Part shown: positions 1 through 10,020 of the stretch, in pieces
Layout: every line of letters begins with the position of its first letter
Numbering within the stretch: position 1 is the first letter of the stretch
Assembly: GCA_028285795.1 (NCBI GenBank)
Contig: JAPYNL010000020.1
Location: forward strand, 1,622 to 65,621
Origin: Arenicellales bacterium
GTDB taxonomy: Bacteria; Pseudomonadota; Gammaproteobacteria; Arenicellales; Poriferihabitantaceae
DNA length: 64,000 nucleotides
Direction of reading: 5' to 3'
Program-made: the position numbers and the translations under genes
Notes under the pieces: model-generated
The model's database searches: none
The model's input: the letters and a program-made list of their open reading frames with translations, nothing else
What the model was told of the DNA's origin: nothing

Positions 1-1
1 C

Positions 2-328
2 ATGGTACCGCCGGGTGTACTTGCTGTAGTGGCCCCTTGTGCTGTTGGGTTTGGGCTGGGTGCACAAGCACTCGGTGGCATGCTGGGTGGCGCGCTTCTT
101 GGCTGCGTAGTCATGGCCTTGACCATGGCCAATGCTGGCGGTGCATGGGACAATGCAAAAAAATACATTGAAAAGGGAAACTTCGGGGGCAAGGGCTCCG
201 ATGTTCATGCAGCTGCAGTGGTGGGTGATACGGTCGGAGATCCGTTCAAGGATACTTCCGGTCCGTCCATGAACATCTTGATCAATGTCATGGCCATCGT
301 GAGTCTGGTCATCGCGCCGCTTTTGTGA
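2..328 (+). CDS. hppA: H+-translocating membrane pyrophosphatase, C-terminal fragment (5' end lies outside the window)
   Basis: ORF is open from the window edge. It carries the C-terminal motifs [12 protein letters not shown] and [20 protein letters not shown], typical of membrane PPases. Stop TGA at 326-328. Confidence 0.9.
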   Translation: MVPPGVLAVVAPCAVGFGLGAQALGGMLGGALLGCVVMALTMANAGGAWDNAKKYIEKGNFGGKGSDVHAAAVVGDTVGDPFKDTSGPSMNILINVMAIVSLVIAPLL

Positions 329-353
329 TCCGTTGGCAAACTCATGGAAAGAG

Positions 354-367
354 AGCGGAATTCCGCT
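354..367 (+). terminator. Weak hairpin (AGCGGAATTCCGCT) followed by GTCTTTCG, between convergent hppA and pfp
   Basis: Perfect 14-nt palindrome read directly, 26 nt after the hppA stop. The stem is short and the U-tract is poor. Confidence 0.3.
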
Positions 368-427
368 GTCTTTCGCTCAATCGGCAGGCTCGCAAGTTTT
401 CGCTGGCCCCGGTTGCTGACCGTTCAA

Positions 428-1687
428 CTACACCTCAAAATCCGTGCCAAGCTTCCTTGGCACGGATTTATTCTTTAGCCGGACGTAGTGTGGAATGCCG
501 TTTTGGAATGCCGGGCAGTCTTCACCCTCCATCAGCGGTGCAATGTAATCTCGACAGGCCTGCGTGATTCCAAATCCGCTCTTGTCGACAAAAGTTCTCG
601 GCAGTTTTTTCTCGATATTCGCCACTTCCTCCAGCTCAGCCTTGCCAATTTCCCATGCGTAGGGATGGCTGCTTGTGCGGACAATTGCCGGCATCACTGA
701 ATTCTCGCCTGCGAGTGCCATGAGTACGGCTGATTCGCCAACCGCATAGGCCTGTTCGACATCTGTTCTTGAAGCAATATGACGTGCTGACCGTTGCAGA
801 TAATCTGCAACGGCCCAATGATATTTGAACCCCGTATCCTGCATGACGATGGAGGCGATGGTTGGTGCAACTCCCCCCAATTGCTGATGACCGAAAGCAT
901 CGCTTCGTCCCTGGTCTGTCAGGAACCGGCCATCCTTGTCGGCAATCCCTTCCGAGACGATAATGGAAACCTGGCCATGGCATGTGACAGCATCCTGAAC
1001 GCGTTTGACAAACGATCCTCGATCGAATGCGATTTCGGGAAACAGGATAACCAGCGGGATCGGCAGTTCCTGGCTTGAGGCCATGCCGCCTGCGGCAGCA
1101 ATCCATCCGGAATGTCGTCCCATGACTTCAAGAATGAAGACCTTGGTTGAAGTTAACGACATGGAAGCAACATCAAGGCTCGCTTCAAGCACTGAAGTTG
1201 CGATGTATTTGGCGACAGATCCGAACCCGGGACTGTTGTCGGTGATCGGCAGATCGTTGTCAACGGTTTTGGGGACGTGAATGGCCTGTACCGGATACCC
1301 CATTTGCTCGGAAATCCTGGCAATCTTGAGGCAGGTGTCGGCGGAGTCGCCCCCTCCATTATAGAAGAAATAGCCGACGTCATGAGCTGCAAAGACATCA
1401 ATCAGTCTCTGGTATGCAGCATGACTTTCCTGCATGCTTTTCAACTTGTAGCGACAGGAACCAAATGCGCCCGCGGGCGTAGTGCGAAGTCTTGCGATTG
1501 ATTCGGATGACTCTTCAGACGTATCGATCAAGTCTTCCCTGAGTATGCCCACGATCCCGTTGCGTCCGGCATACACCTTGCCGATCTGTCCCGAATTTTT
1601 TCGCGCTGTTTCAATAATGGCACAGGCACTGGCATTTATGACTGCTGTCACTCCGCCTGACTGTGCATAGATTGCATTTCTGGTCAT
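428..1687 (-). CDS. pfp: Pyrophosphate-dependent 6-phosphofructokinase
   Basis: 419-aa ORF with PFK-family motifs (QSGGVTAVINAS, FFYNGGGDS, VPKTVDNDL, MGRHSGWIA). Its length and sequence style match ~420-aa PPi-PFKs. Confidence 0.85.
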   Translation of the reverse strand: MTRNAIYAQSGGVTAVINASACAIIETARKNSGQIGKVYAGRNGIVGILREDLIDTSEESSESIARLRTTPAGAFGSCRYKLKSMQESHAAYQRLIDVFAAHDVGYFFYNGGGDSADTCLKIARISEQMGYPVQAIHVPKTVDNDLPITDNSPGFGSVAKYIATSVLEASLDVASMSLTSTKVFILEVMGRHSGWIAAAGGMASSQELPIPLVILFPEIAFDRGSFVKRVQDAVTCHGQVSIIVSEGIADKDGRFLTDQGRSDAFGHQQLGGVAPTIASIVMQDTGFKYHWAVADYLQRSARHIASRTDVEQAYAVGESAVLMALAGENSVMPAIVRTSSHPYAWEIGKAELEEVANIEKKLPRTFVDKSGFGITQACRDYIAPLMEGEDCPAFQNGIPHYVRLKNKSVPRKLGTDFEV

Positions 1688-1924
1688 TGGAAAATTGACG
1701 ATTGTTTTCGAGGTAGGGGTTTGTGGGTTGCGATTTTACAGGATTGCAAATCAGAACCCTGAACCGATTTGTCCTCGCAGATTCGACCGATCAAGAGTTC
1801 CTCCCGGCCTGGATCAACCGTACGGATTGTTCCAGATCGCCGTGTGCCGGCATCTTGAAATTCAATCATGAATCAGTAAAATTCAATTTCCTTTCAGGTC
1901 GAGACATTTGTTCCTTATTCAGTC

Positions 1925-2059
1925 ATGAAACGTACATTCCAGCCAAGCAATCTCAAACGCAAACGAACTCACGGATTCAGGCAGCGCATGCGAACCCGCT
2001 CGGGCCGTGCGGTGATCAATGCCCGACGTGCCAAGGGGCGGGCTCGTCTTAGCGCATGA
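1925..2059 (+). CDS. rpmH: 50S ribosomal protein L34
   Basis: Hand-translated 44 codons: [44 protein letters not shown]. It is absent from the ORF track (<60 aa) and lies directly upstream of rnpA, as in most bacteria. Confidence 0.97.
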   Translation: MKRTFQPSNLKRKRTHGFRQRMRTRSGRAVINARRAKGRARLSA

Positions 2060-2073
2060 GTTGACCGTTCAAG

Positions 2074-2439
2074 TTGGCAAATTCGTCGAGGTTGACCCGT
2101 TGTCAAAGAATCGCTGACAGTGCGCCATTCAGGGCTCGTGCTCGAAATGGGGTTTCGGCGCATGGCCGACTGTTCAAGGTTCATGCGACCCACAGTCAGT
2201 TCAGGTATCCGAGGCTTGGACTGGTTGTATCGAAAAAGGCAAGTAAAAAAGCAGTACAGAGAAATCGAATCAAGCGCCAGATTCGCGAAGCATTCCGACA
2301 TTGTCAGGGTCAGTTATCCGACATGGACTTCATCGTGGTCGCAGCCCCGGGAATATCTTGCGAGACCAATGCGGCGTTGCATCGGGAACTGATGCGCCTG
2401 TTTGAGATCAGTCAAAAAAAATGTCAAAGCCAGAAGTAG
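2074..2439 (+). CDS. rnpA: Ribonuclease P protein component
   Basis: 121-aa basic ORF with the RnpA-like segment [30 protein letters not shown]. It holds the conserved position between rpmH and yidD. The start (TTG 2074) is uncertain. Confidence 0.85.
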   Translation: MANSSRLTRCQRIADSAPFRARARNGVSAHGRLFKVHATHSQFRYPRLGLVVSKKASKKAVQRNRIKRQIREAFRHCQGQLSDMDFIVVAAPGISCETNAALHRELMRLFEISQKKCQSQK

Positions 2440-2681
2440 ATTTCCCGAGCCGCTGTCTGCGATTCCTGATTCGCGTTTACCAGCTCGCCATCAGCCCGTA
2501 CTTGGGCAGTAACTGTAGATACTATCCCTGTTGCTCAAGATATGCACTTGAAGCGATTGATGAGCACGGTGCATGCAAGGGCTCAATGCTGACGGTCAGG
2601 CGAATTGCCCGATGTCACCCCTGGAGCTCGGGTGGTTATGATCCCGTTCCCGAGGCATTGCCGCAATCTGAACAGTCCTGA
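2421..2681 (+). CDS. yidD: Membrane protein insertion efficiency factor YidD
   Basis: Motifs [27 protein letters not shown] and [13 protein letters not shown]. The ORF overlaps the rnpA end. Confidence 0.9.
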   Translation: MSKPEVDFPSRCLRFLIRVYQLAISPYLGSNCRYYPCCSRYALEAIDEHGACKGSMLTVRRIARCHPWSSGGYDPVPEALPQSEQS

Positions 2682-2696
2682 ATCGGATTATCGAGC

Positions 2697-4382
2697 ATGC
2701 AGTTTCAGCGAATTCTCCTGTTTGTCGCCCTTGGGTTGACACTGGTCATGATGTGGATGTCCTGGCTGGATTTCAACAGCAATTATCAGGACGGGGATAG
2801 CCTGGAGCAGGAGGAAGTCCCGGTCACGCCGAGCGGAGTGAGTCTGGAAGAAGTGCCGGAGACACCAACAGTTATTACTGAAAAAACTCCGGAGGAGTCG
2901 GAAATTCCAGAGGTGGATGCCATTCCGGATGCTGGAGAGCGGCCGGGCCAAATCATTCAAGTCAAAACCGGTCTGGTAAATGCCGAGATTGACCTGCAGG
3001 GCGGAGACCTGATACGTCTTGAGCTGATTGATCATCCCGTGAACGTGGATACCCCGGATGATCCATTCGTACTGATGTTTAGGGAAAACCCCCGTCTTTT
3101 TGTTGCGCAAAGCGGCTTGATCGGGAGCGAGGGGGAGTATCCGAACCACAATGTTCTCTACAGTGCTGATCAGACCGCCTTCGATTTGGCTGGTCGCGAG
3201 ACTATGGAAGTGGTGCTTGACTGGACATCGCCACAGGGTATTCAGTATCAGAAAGTATTTTTGTTCAGGAAGAACAGTTATCGGATAGAGATGACTTTCA
3301 GGGTGGTGAATACGAGCGATGTGCCCTGGACAGGCTTTGTGTACGGGCATCTGAAACAGACCGAAATCGAATCTGGTGGGACCATGGGCATACTTGGTGC
3401 ATTACCGAGTTTCAGTGGAGCGGCTGTCTATACCGAAGAGGACAAATACGACAAGATCAGTTACGACAAACTGCGTGATGAGACCGTGAATCTCAATACT
3501 GACTCAGGCTGGGTGGCGATGATGCAGCATTATTTTGTCGTGGCATGGCTGCCTACCGGATCCGATGGCTACCAGCTTTACTCCGGGGTCAGTGATGACA
3601 GGGATCCGCAATATCGCATTGGCTACAAGACGCTCCAGCCGGTGACCATCCCGCCTGGCGAGTCCGGACAGCTGGAGGCCGTGCTGTTCGCTGGCCCCAA
3701 GGAACAGGTTCGTCTGGATGAGCAGGGGGCTCCCGGGCTCAAACTGACTGTAGATTACGGATGGTTAACGCCTATTGCCTCGCCATTATTCTGGCTACTG
3801 CAGAAAATCCACGGTTTCACCAACAATTGGGGGTGGGCGATTATTTTTCTGACTTTTCTGGTCAAGCTTGTGTTTTATCCGTTATCGGCTACCAGCTACA
3901 AATCAATGGCCAGAATGAAAAAGCTGCAGCCGCGCATGGTCACGCTCAAGGAGCGCTATGGCGACGACAAGCAGCGTTTTCAGCAGGAAATGATGAAAAT
4001 GTACAAGGAAGAGAAGGTCAACCCGGCAGGTGGCTGCCTGCCAATCCTGATTCAGATCCCGGTGTTTATCGCCTTGTACTGGGTGCTACTGGAAAGCGTG
4101 GAGCTGCGGCAGGCCGATTTCATGCTCTGGCTGAATGATCTCTCGGTACCGGACCCGTATTTCGTGCTACCGATAATCATGGGTGCATCGATGTTGATCC
4201 AGCACTTCCTGAATCCTGCTCCGGTCGATCCTCTGCAGAAAAAGATCATGATGGCGCTGCCATTTGTATTCACGGTTTTCTTCTTGTGGTTTCCTGCAGG
4301 TCTGGTGCTGTACTGGGTAGTCAACAACATACTTTCAATTGCCCAGCAGTACTACAATACCCGAAAATACGCGTCCAACTGA
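2697..4382 (+). CDS. yidC: Membrane protein insertase YidC
   Basis: 561-aa ORF with an N-terminal TM segment and a large periplasmic domain. The C-terminal 60-kDa insertase core carries KLQPRMVTLKERYGDDKQRFQQEMMKMYKEEKVNPAGGCLPILIQIPVFIALY. Confidence 0.95.
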   Translation: MQFQRILLFVALGLTLVMMWMSWLDFNSNYQDGDSLEQEEVPVTPSGVSLEEVPETPTVITEKTPEESEIPEVDAIPDAGERPGQIIQVKTGLVNAEIDLQGGDLIRLELIDHPVNVDTPDDPFVLMFRENPRLFVAQSGLIGSEGEYPNHNVLYSADQTAFDLAGRETMEVVLDWTSPQGIQYQKVFLFRKNSYRIEMTFRVVNTSDVPWTGFVYGHLKQTEIESGGTMGILGALPSFSGAAVYTEEDKYDKISYDKLRDETVNLNTDSGWVAMMQHYFVVAWLPTGSDGYQLYSGVSDDRDPQYRIGYKTLQPVTIPPGESGQLEAVLFAGPKEQVRLDEQGAPGLKLTVDYGWLTPIASPLFWLLQKIHGFTNNWGWAIIFLTFLVKLVFYPLSATSYKSMARMKKLQPRMVTLKERYGDDKQRFQQEMMKMYKEEKVNPAGGCLPILIQIPVFIALYWVLLESVELRQADFMLWLNDLSVPDPYFVLPIIMGASMLIQHFLNPAPVDPLQKKIMMALPFVFTVFFLWFPAGLVLYWVVNNILSIAQQYYNTRKYASN

Positions 4383-4391
4383 CGCTCTGGC

Positions 4392-5726
4392 TTGGATTCT
4401 CGTGAGACGATTGTTGCCATTGCCACACCCTACGGGCAAGGTGGGATTGGCATAGTCAGGTTATCGGGACCCCAGGCTGGCCCGATTGCAAGCAGGACCC
4501 TCTCTGCAAGCCCCGAGCCAGGCCAGGCGCAATACTGTTCCTTTCTGGATTCGAAACTGGAGGCGATTGACCGCGGTATTGCCTTGCGCTTTGTTGCACC
4601 GCACAGCTTTACCGGAGAAGATGTACTGGAGTTTCAGGGGCATGGCAGTCCGGTCATTCTGGACTTGATGGTCAAGAGATGCATGGAGCTCGGGGCACGA
4701 CCGGCCGAGCCCGGTGAATTCAGCAAGCGTGCATTCCTGAATGGCCGCATTGACTTGACCCAGGCCGAAGCCATTGCGGACCTCATCAACAGTACCACAG
4801 AATCGGCTGCTCGATCCGCGTTTCGTTCGATGAAGGGGGAATTGTCTCGCAAGGTAGAGAAACTTGCCGGGCAGTTGACTGAGCTCAGAATACTGGTTGA
4901 AGCATCGCTTGATTTCCCGGAAGAGGAAATCGATTGGCTGAGTGAGTCGGGTGCCCTGCAAAAGCTGGAAGCGCTTGCTCAACAATTCGATGAAGTTAAG
5001 TCATCCATGCGGCAGGGTCGGCTCTTGCGTGATGGAATCAAGGTTGTACTGACCGGATTGCCAAATGCGGGCAAGTCGAGTCTGCTGAATGTTCTGGCAG
5101 GGCAGGATCGGGCGATCGTCAGCGATTTGCCCGGTACAACCCGGGATACTCTGGATCAGCTCGTTGATTTGGATGGCATACCCATGGAGATTGTGGATAC
5201 GGCCGGTATCAGGGACACTCAGGATGAAATTGAGGCAGAAGGGGTGAGGCGTGCCAGACGTGTTCAGAAGGAAGCAGACATGGTATTGCTGGTTGTCGAT
5301 GATGATGCAACAGACCCATTGGAAGTCGAGCGGCTGTTGGCAAGTCATGACGAATTGCCGGTCTTGCTGGTCCGCAACAAGATCGATCTTTCCGGGCGTG
5401 ACCAATCCGAAGAGTTGATGGAGGCATGTATTTCAGTCAGGACTGGGCAGGGTGTCGAGGACTTGAAGGAAAAAATCAAGTCGGCAGTGGGCTATGTTGG
5501 CGGGCAGGAAGGAACATTCATGGCCCGACAGCGCCACATCGATGCACTGTTTCGGGCAAGGGCATCGCTGGATGCCGGAATGGAGCAGCTATGCTTGAGT
5601 CGGGCTGGTGAGATGCTGGCCGAAGATTTGTCTCTCTGTCATCGGGCCTTGTCAGAGATCACGGGCAAGGTTACCAGCGATGAGTTGCTTGGAATGATAT
5701 TCAGTTCATTTTGCATCGGGAAGTAA
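4392..5726 (+). CDS. mnmE: tRNA modification GTPase MnmE
   Basis: 444 aa with DTIVAIATP..GGIGIVRLSG at the N-terminus. G-domain motifs are GLPNAGKSSLLN and DTAGIR, and the C-terminus is FCIGK. TTG start. Confidence 0.93.
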   Translation: MDSRETIVAIATPYGQGGIGIVRLSGPQAGPIASRTLSASPEPGQAQYCSFLDSKLEAIDRGIALRFVAPHSFTGEDVLEFQGHGSPVILDLMVKRCMELGARPAEPGEFSKRAFLNGRIDLTQAEAIADLINSTTESAARSAFRSMKGELSRKVEKLAGQLTELRILVEASLDFPEEEIDWLSESGALQKLEALAQQFDEVKSSMRQGRLLRDGIKVVLTGLPNAGKSSLLNVLAGQDRAIVSDLPGTTRDTLDQLVDLDGIPMEIVDTAGIRDTQDEIEAEGVRRARRVQKEADMVLLVVDDDATDPLEVERLLASHDELPVLLVRNKIDLSGRDQSEELMEACISVRTGQGVEDLKEKIKSAVGYVGGQEGTFMARQRHIDALFRARASLDAGMEQLCLSRAGEMLAEDLSLCHRALSEITGKVTSDELLGMIFSSFCIGK

Positions 5727-5874
5727 GATGTTTATTCAATTAGGATTCCGATAGCGGCTGGGCTGGCAAATCGATATTGCTGTGGATTTAAGGATATAAT
5801 TCATTGCAGTATCGGAATCTGCTTGAGGGCCCGGCAGTGCTGGTTTGGCAACCCTGACTGCAAGTCTATCCACC

Positions 5875-6873
5875 ATGAAAATACAAAACCAAACTGGGGC
5901 TATCCTGATCAGGATGCCCATTCTCCTGGCACTTCTTGCGACGGTCTGTTTCTGGCAACGAGATATCCTGTACCAAATCTATGTCGCAAATCAGGTTCAT
6001 GCAGTGGGGATGGTGGTCAATGCAGGTATTTTTGTACTGTTTATAGGAGGCCTGCTGCAACTGGTTTACCGATTCTTCGAATACCAGGCGGAAGAACGGA
6101 ATATTTGGCTGTTTGAAGAAAATCACAGGCTGGGCAAACAGGTCTTGATGGGTATTGGCAATAACAGCATGGTGGCGGCCCGCTACCAAATTCTCAACAA
6201 GGCTGTCGAAGACGGGGTAAATATCGATCAAAGTGCCTTGGCTGCGACACTGCTTGCGGAGCAATCAAGCCGTAACAGCTTTCTGAAGTTTGTCCACAAT
6301 GTACTGATCCTGACTGGTGTTTTCGGAACCATAATCTCATTGTCCTTGTCCTTGATTGGCGCATCGGAACTGCTTCAGATAGATGGCACAGTCGGTAACG
6401 TCGTAGAACGATCCGCTGCACAGGAGTCGAGTCTAGGCGTGATGATTTATGGCATGTCAACGGCGTTGTCGACAACCATGACGGCAATCGTCGCTTACTT
6501 GTTTTTTGGATACTTCTTCATCAAGTTGACGGATATTCAAACTTACGTGATCAGCAAACTGGAACAGGTAACTGCGATTGCCATAGTGCCTCGACTTGCT
6601 GATGGTTCATCTCTGTTCACAGAGCTGGATGAGTCCAGGAAAAAATACCTCGAAGCTACAAGTCAGCTGAATGCGATGGTGGAAGAGCTGTTCAAGGCAG
6701 TAACGGATTCCGGAATGAATCAAAAGCAGCTGGATCATCTCGTGGCCATGCAAAAATCAATTCAGATCAACAGTCATCATGTTGAACAGAACAGTGAGCG
6801 GCTAGACAGGGTAATTGACCTGTTACAGGAGGGATTCCGAATCGGATCAACCCATCGAAATTCGGATGACTGA
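5875..6873 (+). CDS. MotA/TolQ/ExbB-family proton-channel-like membrane protein with a C-terminal helical tail
   Basis: Four predicted TM helices. The distal pair (LILTGVFGTIISLSLSLIGA and MIYGMSTALSTTMTAIVAYLFFGYFFIKL) resembles the MotA_ExbB signature. About 110 aa of charged helical tail follows. The start could be TTG 5845 or ATG 5875. Confidence 0.6.
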   Translation: MKIQNQTGAILIRMPILLALLATVCFWQRDILYQIYVANQVHAVGMVVNAGIFVLFIGGLLQLVYRFFEYQAEERNIWLFEENHRLGKQVLMGIGNNSMVAARYQILNKAVEDGVNIDQSALAATLLAEQSSRNSFLKFVHNVLILTGVFGTIISLSLSLIGASELLQIDGTVGNVVERSAAQESSLGVMIYGMSTALSTTMTAIVAYLFFGYFFIKLTDIQTYVISKLEQVTAIAIVPRLADGSSLFTELDESRKKYLEATSQLNAMVEELFKAVTDSGMNQKQLDHLVAMQKSIQINSHHVEQNSERLDRVIDLLQEGFRIGSTHRNSDD

Positions 6874-8107
6874 GCGCTCCGGCTTTCCTGATATCCGCAT
6901 CGGGCATACGACTCGCGGAATTGGAGATGAGGGTGTCTGGCCCTCGTTTACGGATATCATGGCAGTCATCGTCATGATTTTCCTGATGGCACTGGCTGTC
7001 ATTATGGTGCAAAAACTGGATTTGTCCAGACAGTTGATGGCTACCCAGTTCAACCAGCAGGAAGCCGAGGAAGCGCGAGATGCCCTCCAGACGCAACTCG
7101 AGCTGATGCGTATTGAGAGTGACCGCCAGCAACGGGAAATACGCGACCAGCAGTCTCAGCTGGAAGGACTCCAATCTGAAGTTGTCAATCTCCAGTCCAG
7201 GCGTGATGACCTGACAAGCACAGCCGCGCAGCTTGCCCAGGAAAAATCAGAGATTGAGCTTCGAGTCGAAAGCCTTCTGGGTCGAGTCGAGAGCCTCCTT
7301 GAAATGGAAAGACAACTTGAAAAAGAAAATCTGGAGTCTGAAAAAAGGATCAGGGAGTTCCTTGCAGCCGAAAAAATTTCACAGGAGAAAGTTGAAACCC
7401 TGATTTTCGAAAATCAGAAACTGTTGGATCAGATCTCGGGTTTGGAACAGCAGTTATCGGATTTGGAACTGGCGTCTGCTGAAAGTATTCGCTCACTCAC
7501 TGAACAGCGATCAAGCCTTGAAGACAAGCTTGATACCGTGACCTTGCAGCTTGTCAGCGTACAACAGTTACTGGATCAATCCAGTCTAGTCAATCAGGAG
7601 TTGGAATCCGAGATCAGCAGAAGCCTGGCTGCCCAGAAACGCCAGGCAGAAGAATATCGGATAACGAGTGAGCAAATGGAAGCACTGGAGAACCTGATCA
7701 GACTCATGGAACTCAAAATCGTTGATCTCGAATCAGAGGCAAGCGCCTCAAATCAGCAATACAAGACCCTTCAGGATGAATATGAAATTCTGGATGAAAA
7801 ATATCGGGATCTTGTGCGGCCCGCACGAAGCGAAGCCGGGAAACAGGTGGCGTTGGTTTATTTTGATAAAATCGGCGCCGAATTGAACTACCGAATTCGC
7901 GAGCCGGATCAGGAAAGCGCCAGAACCGTCAGCCTGGCCGAGCTGAATGAAGTTCTGCAAGGTCTGAAAGAGCAATTGGGTCAGGAACTGTATGTGAGGA
8001 TCGTGATTCCTGAAAGCAGCACGCTGTCTCACCGCCAGGCATGGCTGTTTACCGATGAGGTTCTGAGAAAATACGACTATTACTACCAACCAGAGGCAAC
8101 GCCCTAG
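6866..8107 (+). CDS. MotB/ExbD-like single-pass membrane protein with a ~260-aa coiled coil and a divergent C-terminal domain
   Basis: ATG 6866 overlaps the upstream stop by 8 nt (ATGACTGA). The N-terminal WPSFTDIMAVIVMIFLMALAVIM resembles the MotB/ExbD plug-TM with a conserved Asp. A long heptad-rich Q/E/L region follows. The C-terminal ~90 aa lacks clear OmpA-type PG-binding motifs. Confidence 0.55.
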   Translation: MTERSGFPDIRIGHTTRGIGDEGVWPSFTDIMAVIVMIFLMALAVIMVQKLDLSRQLMATQFNQQEAEEARDALQTQLELMRIESDRQQREIRDQQSQLEGLQSEVVNLQSRRDDLTSTAAQLAQEKSEIELRVESLLGRVESLLEMERQLEKENLESEKRIREFLAAEKISQEKVETLIFENQKLLDQISGLEQQLSDLELASAESIRSLTEQRSSLEDKLDTVTLQLVSVQQLLDQSSLVNQELESEISRSLAAQKRQAEEYRITSEQMEALENLIRLMELKIVDLESEASASNQQYKTLQDEYEILDEKYRDLVRPARSEAGKQVALVYFDKIGAELNYRIREPDQESARTVSLAELNEVLQGLKEQLGQELYVRIVIPESSTLSHRQAWLFTDEVLRKYDYYYQPEATP

Positions 8108-8136
8108 CTCGTTATGCTGGCGTTTCATGAGAGACC

Positions 8137-10014
8137 ATGGGCTTTTCAGAACAGTTTGATGTGATCGTGATTGGTGCTGGGCATGCCGGTGTTGAAGCAG
8201 CCCTTGCATCGGCTCGTATGGGCTCCAGTACTCTGCTGATCACGCACAATATCGAAACCATTGGCCAGATGTCCTGCAATCCAGCCATCGGGGGTATTGG
8301 CAAGGGGCATATCGTCAAGGAAATTGATGCCCTGGGTGGCATCATGGCAACTGCCATTGATCATGCAGGAATTCATTTCAGAATCCTGAATTCTCGAAAG
8401 GGTCCTGCAGTCAGGGCGACACGTGCGCAAGCCGATCGTGCACTGTACAGGATGGTAATTCGACAAGCTGTTGATCATCAGCCGAACCTGTCCGTGTTTC
8501 AGCAGTCTGTTGATGATCTGATAATTACTGATGGCCGGATAAGCGGGGTTCTATCCCAACTCGGCATTCGTATCCATGCGAAATGCGTGGTGCTGACGGC
8601 CGGAACATTTTTAAATGGCAGGATCTTTGTCGGCATGGAGCAAAGTCAGGGAGGACGCGCAGGAGACCCGCCTTCTGTTGCGCTGGCTGAAAAACTGCAT
8701 GAATTACCGCTTGCCGCGAAACGCCTCAAAACAGGCACCCCACCGAGAATCGACGGCAAGACCATTGACTACAGCACGCTTGAAAAACAACCGGGAGATG
8801 ATCCCGTTCCGGTCTTCTCCCATCTGGGCAGGCCCGACGATCACCCTGAACAGGTGATTTGCCATATAGCGCACACCAATCCGGCAACTCATGACATCAT
8901 TCAGTCGGCCTTGCATCAATCGCCAATGTATGGAGGAATGATCGAAGGAACCGGCCCCCGCTACTGCCCTTCAATTGAAGACAAGGTGGTTCGGTTTGCC
9001 GATAAGCCGACTCACCAGATCTTTGTTGAACCTGAAGGATTGAATACGACCGAGGTCTATCCTAACGGAATCTCGACAAGCCTGCCGTTCGAGACACAAG
9101 TTGCCTTTGTGCGCTCGATCAAGGGCTTTGAACATGCTCGAATCACGCGGCCGGGCTATGCCATTGAATATGATTTTTTTGACCCGAGGGGGTTGAGGGG
9201 CTCGCTTGAAACGAAATGCGTCGAAGGGTTGTTTTTTGCAGGCCAGATCAATGGGACGACCGGCTATGAAGAGGCTGCGGGACAGGGACTGATTGCCGGA
9301 TTGAATGCGGCCAGGAAAATACGGGGGCTTGAGCCCTGGTGTCCGGCCCGCAATGAGGCCTACATCGGAGTCATGATTGATGACCTGATTACACAGGGAA
9401 CTCTGGAGCCCTACCGAATGTTTACTTCGCGTGCCGAATACCGATTGCAGTTACGCGAGGATAATGCCGATTTGCGGTTGACTGAAAAAGGCCATGAGCT
9501 CGGGCTGGTAGACGATTCAAGAATGAAGGTTTTTGCAAAAAAGCGTGACCGTCTGCATCAGGAAATTGATCGTTTTAAGCGGGTGCATCTGAAACCCGAT
9601 GAAGTCCGGGAAACGTTCGTCGAGAAGTTTGGTCAGCCACTGCTTCGCGAGACCAGTCTGTTTGATTTGTTACGCAGGCCCGAGGCAAATTACCGGGAAT
9701 TGATCGATATTGCGGGTCTGGAGACGCCGCTTGAGGATTTTGATATTGAGAAGCAACTGGAAATCCAGGCTCGCTATGATGGTTATATTGAACGTCAGGT
9801 TTCTGAAATCGAGCGCCTTGGACAAAGTCATGGCCTGATGATTCCACAGGACATGAACTATGCGGACGTGCACGGATTGTCCGCTGAAGTGACCGAAAAG
9901 CTCAATCAGGTTCGTCCCGAAACGATCGGCCAGGCGGCCCGGATTCCGGGAGTTACCCCGGCCGCAATCACGATACTGCTTGTTCACCTCGACAGGTTGG
10001 TCAGAGCCGCCTGA
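8137..10014 (+). CDS. mnmG: tRNA uridine 5-carboxymethylaminomethyl modification enzyme MnmG (GidA)
   Basis: 625 aa with an FAD motif ([14 protein letters not shown]). The sequence is GidA-like throughout ([35 protein letters not shown]). Confidence 0.96.
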   Translation: MGFSEQFDVIVIGAGHAGVEAALASARMGSSTLLITHNIETIGQMSCNPAIGGIGKGHIVKEIDALGGIMATAIDHAGIHFRILNSRKGPAVRATRAQADRALYRMVIRQAVDHQPNLSVFQQSVDDLIITDGRISGVLSQLGIRIHAKCVVLTAGTFLNGRIFVGMEQSQGGRAGDPPSVALAEKLHELPLAAKRLKTGTPPRIDGKTIDYSTLEKQPGDDPVPVFSHLGRPDDHPEQVICHIAHTNPATHDIIQSALHQSPMYGGMIEGTGPRYCPSIEDKVVRFADKPTHQIFVEPEGLNTTEVYPNGISTSLPFETQVAFVRSIKGFEHARITRPGYAIEYDFFDPRGLRGSLETKCVEGLFFAGQINGTTGYEEAAGQGLIAGLNAARKIRGLEPWCPARNEAYIGVMIDDLITQGTLEPYRMFTSRAEYRLQLREDNADLRLTEKGHELGLVDDSRMKVFAKKRDRLHQEIDRFKRVHLKPDEVRETFVEKFGQPLLRETSLFDLLRRPEANYRELIDIAGLETPLEDFDIEKQLEIQARYDGYIERQVSEIERLGQSHGLMIPQDMNYADVHGLSAEVTEKLNQVRPETIGQAARIPGVTPAAITILLVHLDRLVRAA

Positions 10015-10020
10015 TTATGA

